Assembly (NCBI RefSeq): GCF_004010195.1
Contig: NC_057718.1
Location: 62,154,981-62,218,980, forward strand
Reading direction: 5' to 3'
Source of the DNA: Chiloscyllium plagiosum
Taxonomy: Eukaryota
Length of the DNA stretch: 64,000 bases
Shown: positions 37,290 to 49,700 of the stretch, in pieces
Layout: each line of letters starts with the position of its first letter
How positions within the stretch are numbered: position 1 is the first letter of the stretch
Made by a program: the position numbers and the translations under genes
Notes under the pieces: generated by a model
Databases searched by the model: none
Told to the model about the DNA's origin: nothing
The model's input: the letters and a program-made list of their open reading frames with translations, nothing else

Positions 37290-39032
37290 GTTATAGAGTC
37301 CTAGAGATATGCAGCATGGAAACAGCCTCTTCGGTCCAACTTGTTCATGCCAACTAGATATCCTAAATTAATCTAGTTCCATTTGCCAGCATTTGATCTG
37401 TGTCGATCGAAATCCTTCCTATTCATATAGCCATTCAGATAGCTGTTAAATGGTGTAATTGTGCTGGTCTCCACCACTTCCTCTGGCAGCTCATTCCATA
37501 CATGCATAACCCTCTGCATGAAAAAATTGCCCTTTCGGTCCCTTTTAAATCTTTCCCCTCTCAGCTTAAACTATGCCCTCTAATTTTGGACTCCCCCAAC
37601 CCAGGGAAAACTGTCTATTTAACCTATCCATGTCCCTCAAGATTTAATAAACCTCCACATGGTTACCCCTCAGCCTCCAAATCTCCAGGGAGAATAGTCC
37701 CAGCCTATTCAGCCTCTCCCTATCACTCAAATCCTCCAACCCTGGCAACACCCTCGTAAATCTTATGAACCCTTTCAAGTTTCAAACATCCTTCCTATAG
37801 CAGGAAACCAGAATTGTATGCACAGTGGCCTAACCAATGCCCTGTATAGCCATGACATGACCTTCCAACTCCTATACTCAATGCACTGACCAATAAAAGA
37901 AAGCATACCACATTTTTCACTGTCCTATCAACCTGCAACTCCATTTTCAAGGAACAATGAACCTATACTCCAAGGCCTGCTAGTTCAACAACACTCCCCA
38001 GGATGTTACCATTAAGTGTATAAGTCCTGCCCTCATTTGCCTTTCCAAAATGCAGCACCTTGCATTTATCTAAATTAAACTCAATCTACTACTCCTCAGC
38101 CCATTGGCCCGAAGATCCCTTTATATATTGGACAGCAACCTTCTTTGCTGTCCAATACACCTGCAATTTTGGTGTTGTCTGCAAATGTACTAACTAGACC
38201 TCCTATGTTCACATCCAAATCATTAATATAAATGACGATAAGCACCAATACTTGTGGCACTCTGCTGGTCACAGGTTTCCAGTCTGAAAAGCAACCCTCC
38301 ACCACCTTCTGCCTTCTACATTTGAGCTAGTTCTGTAACCAAATGGCTAGTTCTCCCTGTATTCCATGTGATTTAACCTTGCTAACCAATCTACCATGAG
38401 GAACTTTGTCAAATGCCTTACTGAAGTCCTTATAGATCACGTCCACTGCTCTGCCCTCATCAATCCTCTTCGTTACTACTTCAAAAAAACTCCCCATCTC
38501 TCATGCCATTCCACATATTGGCTGCCTTGCTGATCTTTAAAGGGCCCTTGTTCTTTCCCTAGTTACTCTTGTCCTTAATGTATTTGTAGAATCTCTTTAG
38601 ATTCTCCTTAACCCTATTTGCCAAAGCTACCTCATGTTCCCTCTTTGCCCTCCTGAATTCTCTCTTCGGTATACTCCTAATGCCATTATGTTCTTATAGG
38701 GATACACTCAATCTTTGTTGTCTATATCTGACATATGCTTTCTTCTTATTCTTCACCAAAATCTCAATTTCTCTAGTCATTCAGCATTCCCCACACCTAT
38801 CAGCCTTGCCCTTCACTCTAACAGAAACATACTGTCACTGGACTCTCTACCTCAATTCTGAAGGATTTCCATTTTCCAGCCGTCCCTTTACCTGTGAACA
38901 TCAACTTTTGAAAGTTCTTGCCTAATACTGCTTTACTCCAATTTAGAACTTTAACTTTTAGATCCAGTCTATCCTTTTCTATCACTATTTTAAAACAAAT
39001 AGAATTATGGTCTTGCCATGACAAAAGTGGCA
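37290..39032 (-). mobile_element. CR1/HER1 LINE, internally deleted
   Basis: 3'UTR like 31088, RT 'VEGCFSDW...FADNTK', jump to the linker region at ~38490. Confidence 0.88.
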
Positions 39033-40140
39033 ATAGATTGTAGGAGGTCGTTGCAATAGTCCTTTTGCAAGAAAGGGTCTTTTTAAGTGATATTATTCTG
39101 CCTATGGTCTACTGAACTGTCAATCTTCATGGCACCAGCTTCTTTAAGGGATGCCAACCTTTGCTGGTGTTGTAACAGCATTTACATAGCAGCAGCGTGA
39201 GGACTTTGAAGCTGGCTAATGGCAAACATCCTCTTAGAATCCTGCCAGGAATCCGCCAAACTACATCCTAACTTCAGGATCTGCTAAGGCACCCTGACTG
39301 TCTAAAAACTGCTGCTGGTAGGTGATGCACATGGGGACTCCTCCTCTGTGGGAGATTGTCCATTTTATTCATTAGACTTAGTGCCATCAGTATTGAGTAA
39401 AACACTCATTAGAGACTATTTCCTTCCTATGATTGCTTTTCTGCAGGATAATCCAGAACTCTGCCCATGCTGCTCTTCTCTTCATTAAGTCAGGTTTCGA
39501 TAACATTACCTATAAACATAGCAACAGCCAGCAGAAAGTGGAAATTGAACTGAAAGAAGTCCAGGACTCCTTGGGGCTGTAAAAGGTGTGCATTAGCTCA
39601 GGAAGAGTTATTTGAATCAAACGCAGCTATAGACAGGCTATAATGTATCGGAAAGGGTCAGGGCAGAAGTTAAAATGGCTGGAGTTAGGCCAATATTCAT
39701 AAAACAAGAAAAGACCAAGGAAGATGGCAATAGATGACAAGGCAAAGCCAGAGATCTGGTTAACAGATACCTTGGTAGATTTACAGAAGCATGCGAGGAT
39801 AAAGCCTCACCTAGCAGAGAAGTTACTGGGAAATATACCAGAACTTGAACACCCACCTGGGGGCAATAGCGTTCCAAGAAACATGATACAGTTTGGGGAA
39901 AGCCTATTCCCCCATGAAGGGAATAATGCCTCACAGCAGACACCACTGGTGGTGACTACCCAGGGCATACGAGGAGGGGTGGGAGAGTGGTGATGGCCTT
40001 ATGGTGCTATCATATTATCGTTTGACTTTTAATCCATGTTCTGGGGACCTAGGCTTGAAGCCTGCCATGGCAAATGATGGAATATGGAATCCTTAAAAAT
40101 CAAAATCTAGAATTAAATGTCTGTTGGTGACCATGAAATC

Positions 40141-43100
40141 TACACCTGAACCAGAGGGGTACCAATATCTTGGGGGGGAAATTTGCTAATGCTCTTCAGG
40201 ACGGTTAAACTAATTCAGCAGGTGGATGGGAACCTGAATTGTAGCTCCAGTGTACAGGAGGTTGAGAGTAGTGAGATCATAAATAAATAAGGTTTCAAGG
40301 TCACAAGTATGTACAAGCAGGCAGGAAGGTGGTTTGAAGTATGTCTACTTCAGTGCCAGGAGCATCAGGAATAAGGTGGGTGAAGTTGGAACGTGGGTTC
40401 GTATCCAGAACTTCGATGTTGTAGCCATTTCGGAGACATGGATAAGGCAGGGACAGGAATGGTTGTTGCAGGTTCCGGGGTTTAGATTAGATTACATTAC
40501 ATTGTGGAAACAGGCCCTTCGGCCCAACAAGTCCACACTGACCCGCCGAAGCGCAACCCACCCATACCCCTACATTTACCCCTTACCTAACACTATGGGC
40601 AATTTAGCATGGCCAATTCACCTAACCTGCACATCTTTGAACTATGGGAGGAAACTGGAGCACCCGCAGGAAACCCACGCAGACACGGGGAGAACGTGCA
40701 AACTCCACACAGTCAGTCACCTGAGGCAGGAATTGAACCTGGGTCTCTGGCGCTGTGAGGCAGTAGTGCTAACCACTGTGCCACCATGCTGCCCAGTAAG
40801 AACAGGGTGGGTAAAAGAGGGGGAGGTTGGCATTGTTAGTCAAGGACAGTATGATGGTGGCAGAAAAGATGTTTGATGAGGTCTCATCTACTGAGGTAAT
40901 ATGGGCTGAGGTTAGAAACAGAAAAGGAGAGGTCATCCTGTTGGGAGGCCTCAAAGTTTCAGTGATGTAGAGGCAAGGATTGCAAAGATGATCCTGGATA
41001 GGAGCGAAAGTAACAGGGGAGTTGTTATGGGAGACTAACTTTCCAAATATTGACTGGAAATGCTGTAGTTTGAGTAATTTAGATGGATCAGGTTTTGTCC
41101 AATGTGTGCAGGAGAGTTTCCTGATGCAGCATGTAGATAGGCCAACAAGAGGCGAGGCCACATTGGATTTGGTACTGGGTAACGAACCAGGCCAGCTGTT
41201 AGATTTGAAGGTAGGTGAGCACTTTGGTGATAGTGACCACAATTTGGTTACGTTTACCTTAGCGATGGGAAGGGATAGGTATATACTGCAGGGCAAGAGT
41301 TATAGCTGGGGGAAAGGCAATTATGATGTGATTAGGCAAAATTTATGATGCACAGGATGGGGAAGGAAGCTGCAGGAGATGGATACAATTGAAATGTGGA
41401 GCTTCTTCAGGGAAAAGATACTGCGTGTCCTTGATAAGTATGTACCTGTCAGGCAGGGAGGAAGTGGTCCAGTGAGGGAGCCGTGGTTTACTAAAGAAAT
41501 TGAATCTCTTGTCAAGAGAAGGATGGATGCTTTTGTGAGGATGAGACGTGAAGGCTCAGTTTGGGCATTTGAGAGTTATACGTTAGCCAGGAAGGACCTA
41601 AAGAGAGAGCTAAGAAGAGCCAGGAGGGGTCATGAGAAGTCTTTGGTAGGTAGGATCAAGTGAACCCTAAAGCTTTCTATAGATATGTCAGGAATAAAAG
41701 AATGACTAGAGTAAGATTGGGGCCAGTCAAAGACTGTAGTGTGAAGTTGTGCATGGAGTCAGAAGAGATAGGAGAGGCACTAAATCAATATTTTTCGTTA
41801 GTATTCACACTGGAAAAAGACACTGTTATTGAGGAGAATACTGAGATACAGGCTATTAGACCTGATTGAGGTTCATAAGGAGGAGGTGTTAGCAATTCTG
41901 GAGAATGTGAAAATAGATAAGTTCCCTGGGCTGGATAGGATTTATCCTAGGATTTTCTGGGAAATTAGGGAAAAGATCTGTCATCATTGTCTACAGGAAT
42001 GATGCCAGAAGACTGGAGGATAGCAAATGTTGTTCCCTTGTTCAAAGAGGGGAGTAGAGACAACTCTGGTAGTTATAGACTAGTGAGCCTTACTTCGGTT
42101 GTGGGCAAAGTGTTGGGGGAAAGAATTATAAGAGAGAATTTATAATCATCTGGAAAGGAATAATTTGATTAGGGATAATCAACACGGTTTTGTGAAGGGT
42201 AGGTTGTGCCTCTCAAACCTTACTGAGTTCTTTGAGAAGGTGACCAACAGGTGGATGACGGTAAAGTGGTTGATGTGGTGAATATGATTTGACTAGAGCA
42301 TTTGATAAGGTTTGCCATGGTAGGCTATTGCAGAAAATATGGAGGCATGGGATTGAGGGTGATTTAGCAATTTGGATCAGAAATTGGCTAGTTGAAAGAA
42401 GACAGAGGGTGGTGGTTGATGGGAAATGTTCCTCCTGGAGTTCAGTTACTAGTGGTGTACCACGAAGATCTGCTTTGGGACCACTGCCGTTTGTCATTTT
42501 TATAAATGACCTGGATGAGGGCGGAGATGGATGTGTTAGTAAATTTGTGGATGACACTAAGACCAGTGCAGTTGTGGATAGTGTCGAAGGATGTTTAGAT
42601 TAGAGGGACATGGGTAAGCTGCAGAGCTGGGCTGAGAGGTGGCAAATGGAGTTTAATGCAGAAAAGTGTGAGGCAATTCACTTTGGAAAGTCACAGGAAT
42701 ACAGAGTACTGGGCTAATGGTAATATTCTTGGTAGTGCAGATGAGCAGAGAGATCTCGGTGTCCATGTACATAAATCTCTGAAAGTTGCCACCCATGTTG
42801 ATAAGGTTGTTAAGAAGGCATACAATGTGTTAGCTTTTATTGGTAGAGGAATTGAGTTTCAGAGGTCATGTTGCAGCTGTAAAACTCTGGTGTGGCCGCA
42901 CTTGGAGTATTGCGTATAGTTCTGGTTGCTACATTATAGGAAGGATGTGGAAGCATTGGAAAGGGTTCAGAGAAATTTACTAGGATGTTGCCTGGTATGG
43001 TGGGAAGGTCTTATGAGGAAAGGCTGAGGGACTTGAAGCTGTTTTCGTTAAAGAGACGAAGGTTGAGAGGTGACTTATTAGAGACATATAAAATAACAGA

Positions 43101-43420
43101 GGATTAGTTGGGTGGACAGTGAGAGCCTTTTTCTTCAGATGATGATGGCTAGCATGAGGGGACATAGCTTTAAATTGAAGAATGATAGATATAGGACAGA
43201 TGTCAGATGTAATTTCTTTACTCAGAGTAACAAGGGTGTGGAACGTCCTGCCTGCAACAGTAGTAAACTCACCAACTTTAAGGGCATTTAAATGATCATT
43301 GAATAAACAGATGGATAATAGTGGAATAGTGTAGGTTAGATGAGTTTCAGATTGGTTTCACAGGTCGGCACAACATCAAGGGCCGAATGGCCTGTACTGC
43401 ACTGTAATGTTCTATGTTCT
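40141..43420 (+). mobile_element. CR1/HER1 LINE with near-complete decayed ORF2
   Basis: APE, RT and C-terminal motifs collinear with 16930-19928; tail 'gttctatgttct'. Confidence 0.95.
40482..40794 (-). mobile_element. HE1-type V-SINE, full length, nested in CR1
   Basis: Complete tRNA head, V-domain and TCTAA/TGTAA tail. Confidence 0.93.
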
Positions 43421-43855
43421 TGCAATTGGCTCCTTAATTGTGAACAGTAGCTACACACACAAAAGATGAAAAATTCTGACTGCAGCTTTCCAATATGTTT
43501 GAACAGAGAGGAGCTGATTCACCTTGTTGTAACATAGTCAGCAAAGTCACCTCTGATGAGTGCCAACATATTTAAGAGGTTTATCTTTGAGGAGGCTGCT
43601 GCATTTCAGATTTTGTTCTTTCATAAAATGCCAAGAATGTGTCATAAATAGCAAAAGTCAAAGGTGTTGAGGTTCTTGATCGTTATAAGTTGTCCATGAT
43701 TCACAGCCAGACTGCAAGGTGTTGAGAACATGGTGTTTGTAAACAAGCAACTCATTCCTAACAGTCAGCTTGTTATTTGATGCAGGTTTAGTAAGTCAAC
43801 CAAAGATGATAACTGGGGTACTTTTGAATACAAGGGCCTGTTTAGTTTACAGTTG

Positions 43856-44292
43856 TGTTGTAAGTTAGGGTCTTGTTTAAATTCTTTTAGTATTTCATGT
43901 GTAGCTTGAGACTTTAATGTGTCACAGTAGTAACTAATCTTCTACAAAAATGTAACATGTCTCTCATGTACGAAAACAAAGGAAATGTCACTATAAGCAC
44001 CAGGGTCATGAAGTTCCACTGCACTGCTGTCAAATAGTTCCTTTGCTGTGTTAAGAGAATAGATGTTTTGATCTTAGAAGAAGTGATAACTGACCTTCTC
44101 ATGGAGGTTGGACAGTACTCACTTTCTCCTCCAAGGAACAATGGCCAGCCTAGCATCGGGAATAGCCACCTGCACTCATTAGCCAAGAGGGTTCATACAG
44201 ATTTTTGAGATAGTGTGGATTGGCAGCCTCCAAAATGTGAATTATCAGCAAAGGAAGATGCAAATGAGAGAAGGGACAGAGGCTCCAGGGCT
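43856..44292 (+). mobile_element. Truncated LTR related to 59378-60217
   Basis: Starts TGTTG; collinear blocks 'tatttcatgt', 'ggtcatgaagtt' and 'agaatagatgttttg.tct.agaag.agtga.aact.accttc' are shared with 59378-59835. Confidence 0.65.
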
Positions 44293-44832
44293 TTTGGCCA
44301 TCACAGAAAGTTTAGATTGTGAAAATGGGTACAGTTGGAAGGAAATATGTATTAGGAGTGGTCGAGAACTGTAATGGGAATATGCGTCTTTTTTTAATAG
44401 ATTCTCTTAGGAGATTCAGAAGGGTAAGACTAAGGTTTTTTTTTAAATAAAAAGTCCAGAGTAAACAGGTCTGTGGCGCCCATGTACATGTTTTTATGGC
44501 TGTATAAAAAGAATAAGGGGTCTAGGGAAAAGTTACAAATGGAAAGTGACCGCTTATGCATTCAGTTAAGATGGGAGCTAGAAACATGTAACAAGGCATG
44601 CTATAAAAATAAATAAATGGACAAAATATTAGATCAAAACACTGAGTTATGAGTAGCGAATGCAAGATTCAGGAGAGAACAAGAGGGTTCAAAGGGTGCT
44701 CTGAGAGAATTAATTTGACAAAAGGTATTGCTTTCCCTGAAATAGAATACACCTAATGTACAGCAAAAACTAAACAACACCTGTATAAATTAGCCAAGAA
44801 CAAGCATTTCTAGCTGCCCTCTGTCTAGTAGA

Positions 44833-44990
44833 ATGATGTGGAGGTGCCAGTGTTGGACTGGGGCAGACAAAGTTAAAAGTCACACAACACCAGGCTAGAT
44901 AAAGAGCCTGGTGAAAGAGTAGCGCTCCGAAAGCCTGTACTTCCAAGTAAACGTGTTGGACTATGACCTGGTGTTGGGTGATCTTTAACT
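44833..44990. mobile_element. PLE fold-back micro-insertion (family B, older)
   Basis: Same layout as 20348-20493; hammerhead relic 'cctggtgaaagagtagcgctccgaaagcc'; flanking TCTAGT repeat. Confidence 0.8.
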
Positions 44991-45014
44991 TCCTCTAGTC
45001 GGATAAGTAACCTT

Positions 45015-45847
45015 CATATAGAATAGAAACAGACCCTTCAGGTCCAACCACTTCATGCCAAACATAAAATTAGTCACGTCTGCCTGCTCTTGGCCCATAT
45101 CTCTCCAAATCTTTCCTATTCATATTCCTGTCCAACTGTCTTTCAAATGTTGTAATTGTACCCACATCCATTATTTCTTCAGGCAGCTCATTCAACATGT
45201 GAACCACCCTCTGTGAAAAAGATTTGCCTCTCATGTCTTTTTAAAATCTCTCTCCTCTGCCCTTTAATACATTTTCCCCTTCTCTTGAAATTCTCCATCT
45301 TAGGGAAAAGACAAGTGCCATTACCTCTATCTCTCATTATTTTATAAATCTCAATCAGGTCTCCTTTCAATCTCCTATGCTCCAGTGAGAAGGTCCTGGC
45401 CTATCCAGCCTTTTTTCAAAATTCAAACCTTCCATACCTGGCAACATGCTGGTGAATCTCTTCTGAGCCCTCTCCAACTGGATAATATTTTTCCTATAAC
45501 TGGGTGACTGGATCTGGACACAGTACTCCAGAACAGGCCTCACCAATGTCCTGTATGACATCAACATGACATCCCAACTCCTATACTCAAAGGACTGAGC
45601 AATGAAGGTAAGCGTGCCAAATGTCTTTTTAATCGCCCTGTCAATATGTGATGCAAACTTCAAAGAATCGGGTACCTGCACCCCTATGTCCCTTTGTCCT
45701 ACAACACTACCCAAAGACCTACTATTAATTGAATAAGCCCTACTCTTGTTTGTTGTACCAAAATGCAATACCTCACATTTATCCAGATTGAACTCCATCT
45801 GCCATTTTTCAGCCCATAGACCCATTTGATCAAGTTTCCTTTGTAAT
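45015..45847 (-). mobile_element. CR1 LINE 3' part (continues at 54335)
   Basis: ORF 45367-45942 'KWQMEFNLDKCEVLHFG...RPVLEYCVQ'. Confidence 0.92.
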
Positions 45848-46683
45848 GAGATTTTGTAGCTCAGGTTGTGGATCAGGTGTAAGTTAGCTTGCTGAGCTGA
45901 TAGATTTGTTCTCGGATATTTCATCACCATGCTAGGTAACATAATCAGTGAGCCTCTGATGAAGCGTTGGTGTTCTGTCCTGCTTGCTATTTATCTGTTT
46001 TGGTTTGTTGTGGTGTGTGATATCATTTCTAGTTCTGTTTCTGAGAGGTTGGTAAATGGGGTCCAAATCTAAATTTTTGTTAATGGAGTTCTGGTTTGAA
46101 TGCCAGGCCTCTAGGAATTCCCATGTGTGTCTTGTTTAGCCTGTCCCAGGATGGATGCATTGTCCTAGTCAAACTGGCGTCATTCTTCTGTTTGTATGGA
46201 TACTAGTGATGGTTGGTCATGTCTTTTGGTGGCTAGTTGGTGCTCGTGTATCCTGGTGGCTAGTTCCCTGCCCATCTATCCAAGGTAATGTTTGTTGCAG
46301 TCCTTGCAGGGTATCTTGTATATAACATTCGTTCTGCTGGTTGTTGGTACAGGATCCTTTAAATTCATCAAGAGCTGGTTCAGTGTGGTGCTACCATGAT
46401 GCCGAGAGGCCAGAGTAGTCTGATTGTCATCTCTGAGATGTCTTTGATGTATGACAGGATGGCTCGAGTCTCTAGTTATGTTGTGTCTTCATGTTTACGC
46501 CTGCTGTGCAGGAATCGGTGGACTGCACTTATTGGGTAGTCATCGTTCCTGAATAGATGTTTCTCCTCCGCTTCTCATAGCTCCAGTGCTGCTTGGAAGT
46601 CCTTTTTAACTGTGTCACAGTGGAATCCACCCTGAAAGACAACGACTTACGGAAGCAACCCAGCAGGCCATCAGACAGACAGT

Positions 46684-49452
46684 ATAGAACATAGAAGAAT
46701 GCAGCGCAGTACAGGCCCTTTGGCCCTCAATGTTGCGCCGATCCAAGTCCACCTAACCTACACTAGCCCACTATCCTCCATATGCCTATCCAATGCCTGC
46801 TTAAATGCCCATAAAGAGGGAGAGTCCACCACTGCAACTGGCAGTGCATTCCATGAACTCGTGACTCGCTGAGTAAAGAACCTACCCCTAACATCTGTCC
46901 TATACCTACCACCCCTTAATTTAAAGCTATGCCCCCTCGTAATAGCTGACTCCATACGTGGAAAAAGGTTCTCATGGTCAACCCTATCTAAACCCCTAAT
47001 CATCTTGTACACCTCTACCAAGTCACCCCCAAACCCTCTTTTCTCCAATGAAAACAGCCCCAACTGCCTCAGCCTTTCTTCATACGATCTTCCTACCATA
47101 CCAGACAACATCCTGGTAAANNNNNNNNNNNNNNNNNNNNNNNNNNNNNNNNNNNNNNNNNNNNNNNNNNNNNNNNNNNNNNNNNNNNNNNNNNNNNNNN
47201 NNNNNNNNNNNNNNNNNNNNNNNNNNNNNNNNNNNNNNNNNNNNNNNNNNNNNNNNNNNNNNNNNNNNNNNNNNNNNNNNNNNNNNNNNNNNNNNNNNNN
47301 NNNNNNNNNNNNNNNNNNNNNNNNNNNNNNNNNNNNNNNNNNNNNNNNNNNNNNNNNNNNNNNNNNNNNNNNNNNNNNNNNNNNNNNNNNNNNNNNNNNN
47401 NNNNNNNNNNNNNNNNNNNNNNNNNNNNNNNNNNNNNNNNNNNNNNNNNNNNNNNNNNNNNNNNNNNNNNNNNNNNNNNNNNNNNNNNNNNNNNNNNNNN
47501 NNNNNNNNNNNNNNNNNNNNNNNNNNNNNNNNNNNNNNNNNNNNNNNNNNNNNNNNNNNNNNNNNNNNNNNNNNNNNNNNNNNNNNNNNNNNNNNNNNNN
47601 NNNNNNNNNNNNNNNNNNNNNNNNNNNNNNNNNNNNNNNNNNNNNNNNNNNNNNNNNNNNNNNNNNNNNNNNNNNNNNNNNNNNNNNNNNNNNNNNNNNN
47701 NNNNNNNNNNNNNNNNNNNNNNNNNNNNNNNNNNNNNNNNNNNNNNNNNNNNNNNNNNNNNNNNNNNNNNNNNNNNNNNNNNNNNNNNNNNNNNNNNNNN
47801 NNNNNNNNNNNNNNNNNNNNNNNNNNNNNNNNNNNNNNNNNNNNNNNNNNNNNNNNNNNNNNNNNNNNNNNNNNNNNNNNNNNNNNNNNNNNNNNNNNNN
47901 NNNNNNNNNNNNNNNNNNNNNNNNNNNNNNNNNNNNNNNNNNNNNNNNNNNNNNNNNNNNNNNNNNNNNNNNNNNNNNNNNNNNNNNNNNATCCATTTAT
48001 ACCACATCTACCGCTTTCCCCTCATCAACCTCCTTCGTCACCTTTTCAAAGAATTCAATAAGGTTTGTGAGGCACGACCTTCCCTTCACAAAACCATGCT
48101 GACTATCTTTGATCACATTATTCCTATCCAGATGTGCATGAATCCTATCCCTTACAATTCTCTCTAAGACTTTGCCCACGACAGAAGTGAGACTCACCGG
48201 CCTATAGTTACTAGGGTTATCCCTACTCCCCTTTTTGAACAAGGGAACCACATTTGCTATCCTCCAGTCTTCTGGCACTACTCCTGTAGACAGAGAGGAC
48301 ATAAAAATCAAGGCCAATGGCTCTGCAATCTCCTCCCTTGCTTCCCAGAGAATCCTAGGATAAATGCCATCAGGCCCAGGGGACTTATCTATTTTCACCT
48401 TTTCCAGGATTTCCAACACCTCTTCTCTACATACCTCACAGCCATCCATTCTACTTATTTGTGACTCAGTATTCACATCGACGACACTGCCCTGTTCCTG
48501 AGTAAATACTGAAGAAAAGTATTCATTCAGTGTCTCCGCAATCTCTTCTGCCTCCACACGCAACTTCCCACTACTATCCTTGACTGGTCCTATTCCTACC
48601 CTAGTCATTCTTTTATTCCTAACATACCTATAGAAAGCCTTAGGGTTTTCCCTAATCCTATCTACTATGGACCTTTCATGTCCCCTCCTTGCTGCTTTTA
48701 GCTCTCTCTTCAGGTCCTTCCTGGCTACCCTATAACTCTCAATCGCCCCAATTGAACCTTCACGTCTCATCTTGAGATAGGCCGCCCTCTTTCATTTAAC
48801 AAGGGATTCCAATTCCTTATTAAACCACGGCTCCCTCGCACGACCCTTTCCTACCTGCCTGACCGGTACATAATTATCAAGGACACTCAATAGTTGCCCC
48901 TTGAACAAGTTCCACATATCATTTACACTCTTGCCTTGGAGTCTACTTTTCCAAGCCACACATCCTAAGTCATGCCTCACCGCATCATAATTTCCCTGAC
49001 CCCAGCTATAACTCTTGCCTTGTAGTACACACTTATCCCTCTCCATCACGGGTGTAAAAATCACCGAATTATGGTCACTATCCCCAAAGTGCTCACCTAC
49101 CTTTAATTCTAACACCTGGCCTGGTTCGTTACCCAGAACCAAATCCAGTATGGCCTCACCTCTTGTTGGCCTGTCTACATATTGTCAGGAAACTCTCCTG
49201 CACACATTGAACAAACACTGAGCCATCTAACGAACTTGAGCTATAGCTTTCCCAATCAATATCAGGAAAGTTAAAGTCCCCCATAACAACCACCCTATTA
49301 CTGTCACTCATCTCCTGAATCACCTTCCCTATCCTTTCTTCAATGATTCTAGGACTATTAGGAGGCCTGTAAAAGACTTATAACAGGGTGACCTCACCTT
49401 TCCTATTCCTAACCTCAGCCCAAACTACCTCAGATGACGAGTCTTCATCCAT
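46684..49452 (-). mobile_element. Young 5'-truncated CR1/HER1 LINE spanning the gap
   Basis: Long open ORF2 segments (47997-48770 'KSPGPDGIYP...NYRPVSLTSVVGKVLE...KGRSCLTNL'); tail 'tagaacatagaa'. Confidence 0.95.
47121..47990. other. Assembly gap (870 N)
   Basis: Run of N. Confidence 1.
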
Positions 49453-49700
49453 CGTAATACCAACACTAAGCAGAAAGAAAAAAGGGAACGCGCTCAACAC
49501 ACTGGAAAGGAAAGGCCTGGAAGGACTCCGAAAAGATAGAAATATCGTAATTCTCCAGCAGCCAAAGGGCGCATGACCGTCATCCTGAACAGAACACAAT
49601 GCATTGAAAAAGCAAAGACACTACTCGCAGATACCTATCAACAGGTGGCGATGAACCACTGCACAGCTAGAAAACCACATTACAGCACACCCTGAGGAAA

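Noticed and set aside
39440..39585. Acceptor followed by a 44-codon open frame
   Set aside because: 'IIQNSAHA' resembles L2 ORF2 debris; no host homology recognised.
46758..48102. 300-400 aa ORFs in the track
   Set aside because: Artefacts of translating through the N gap.
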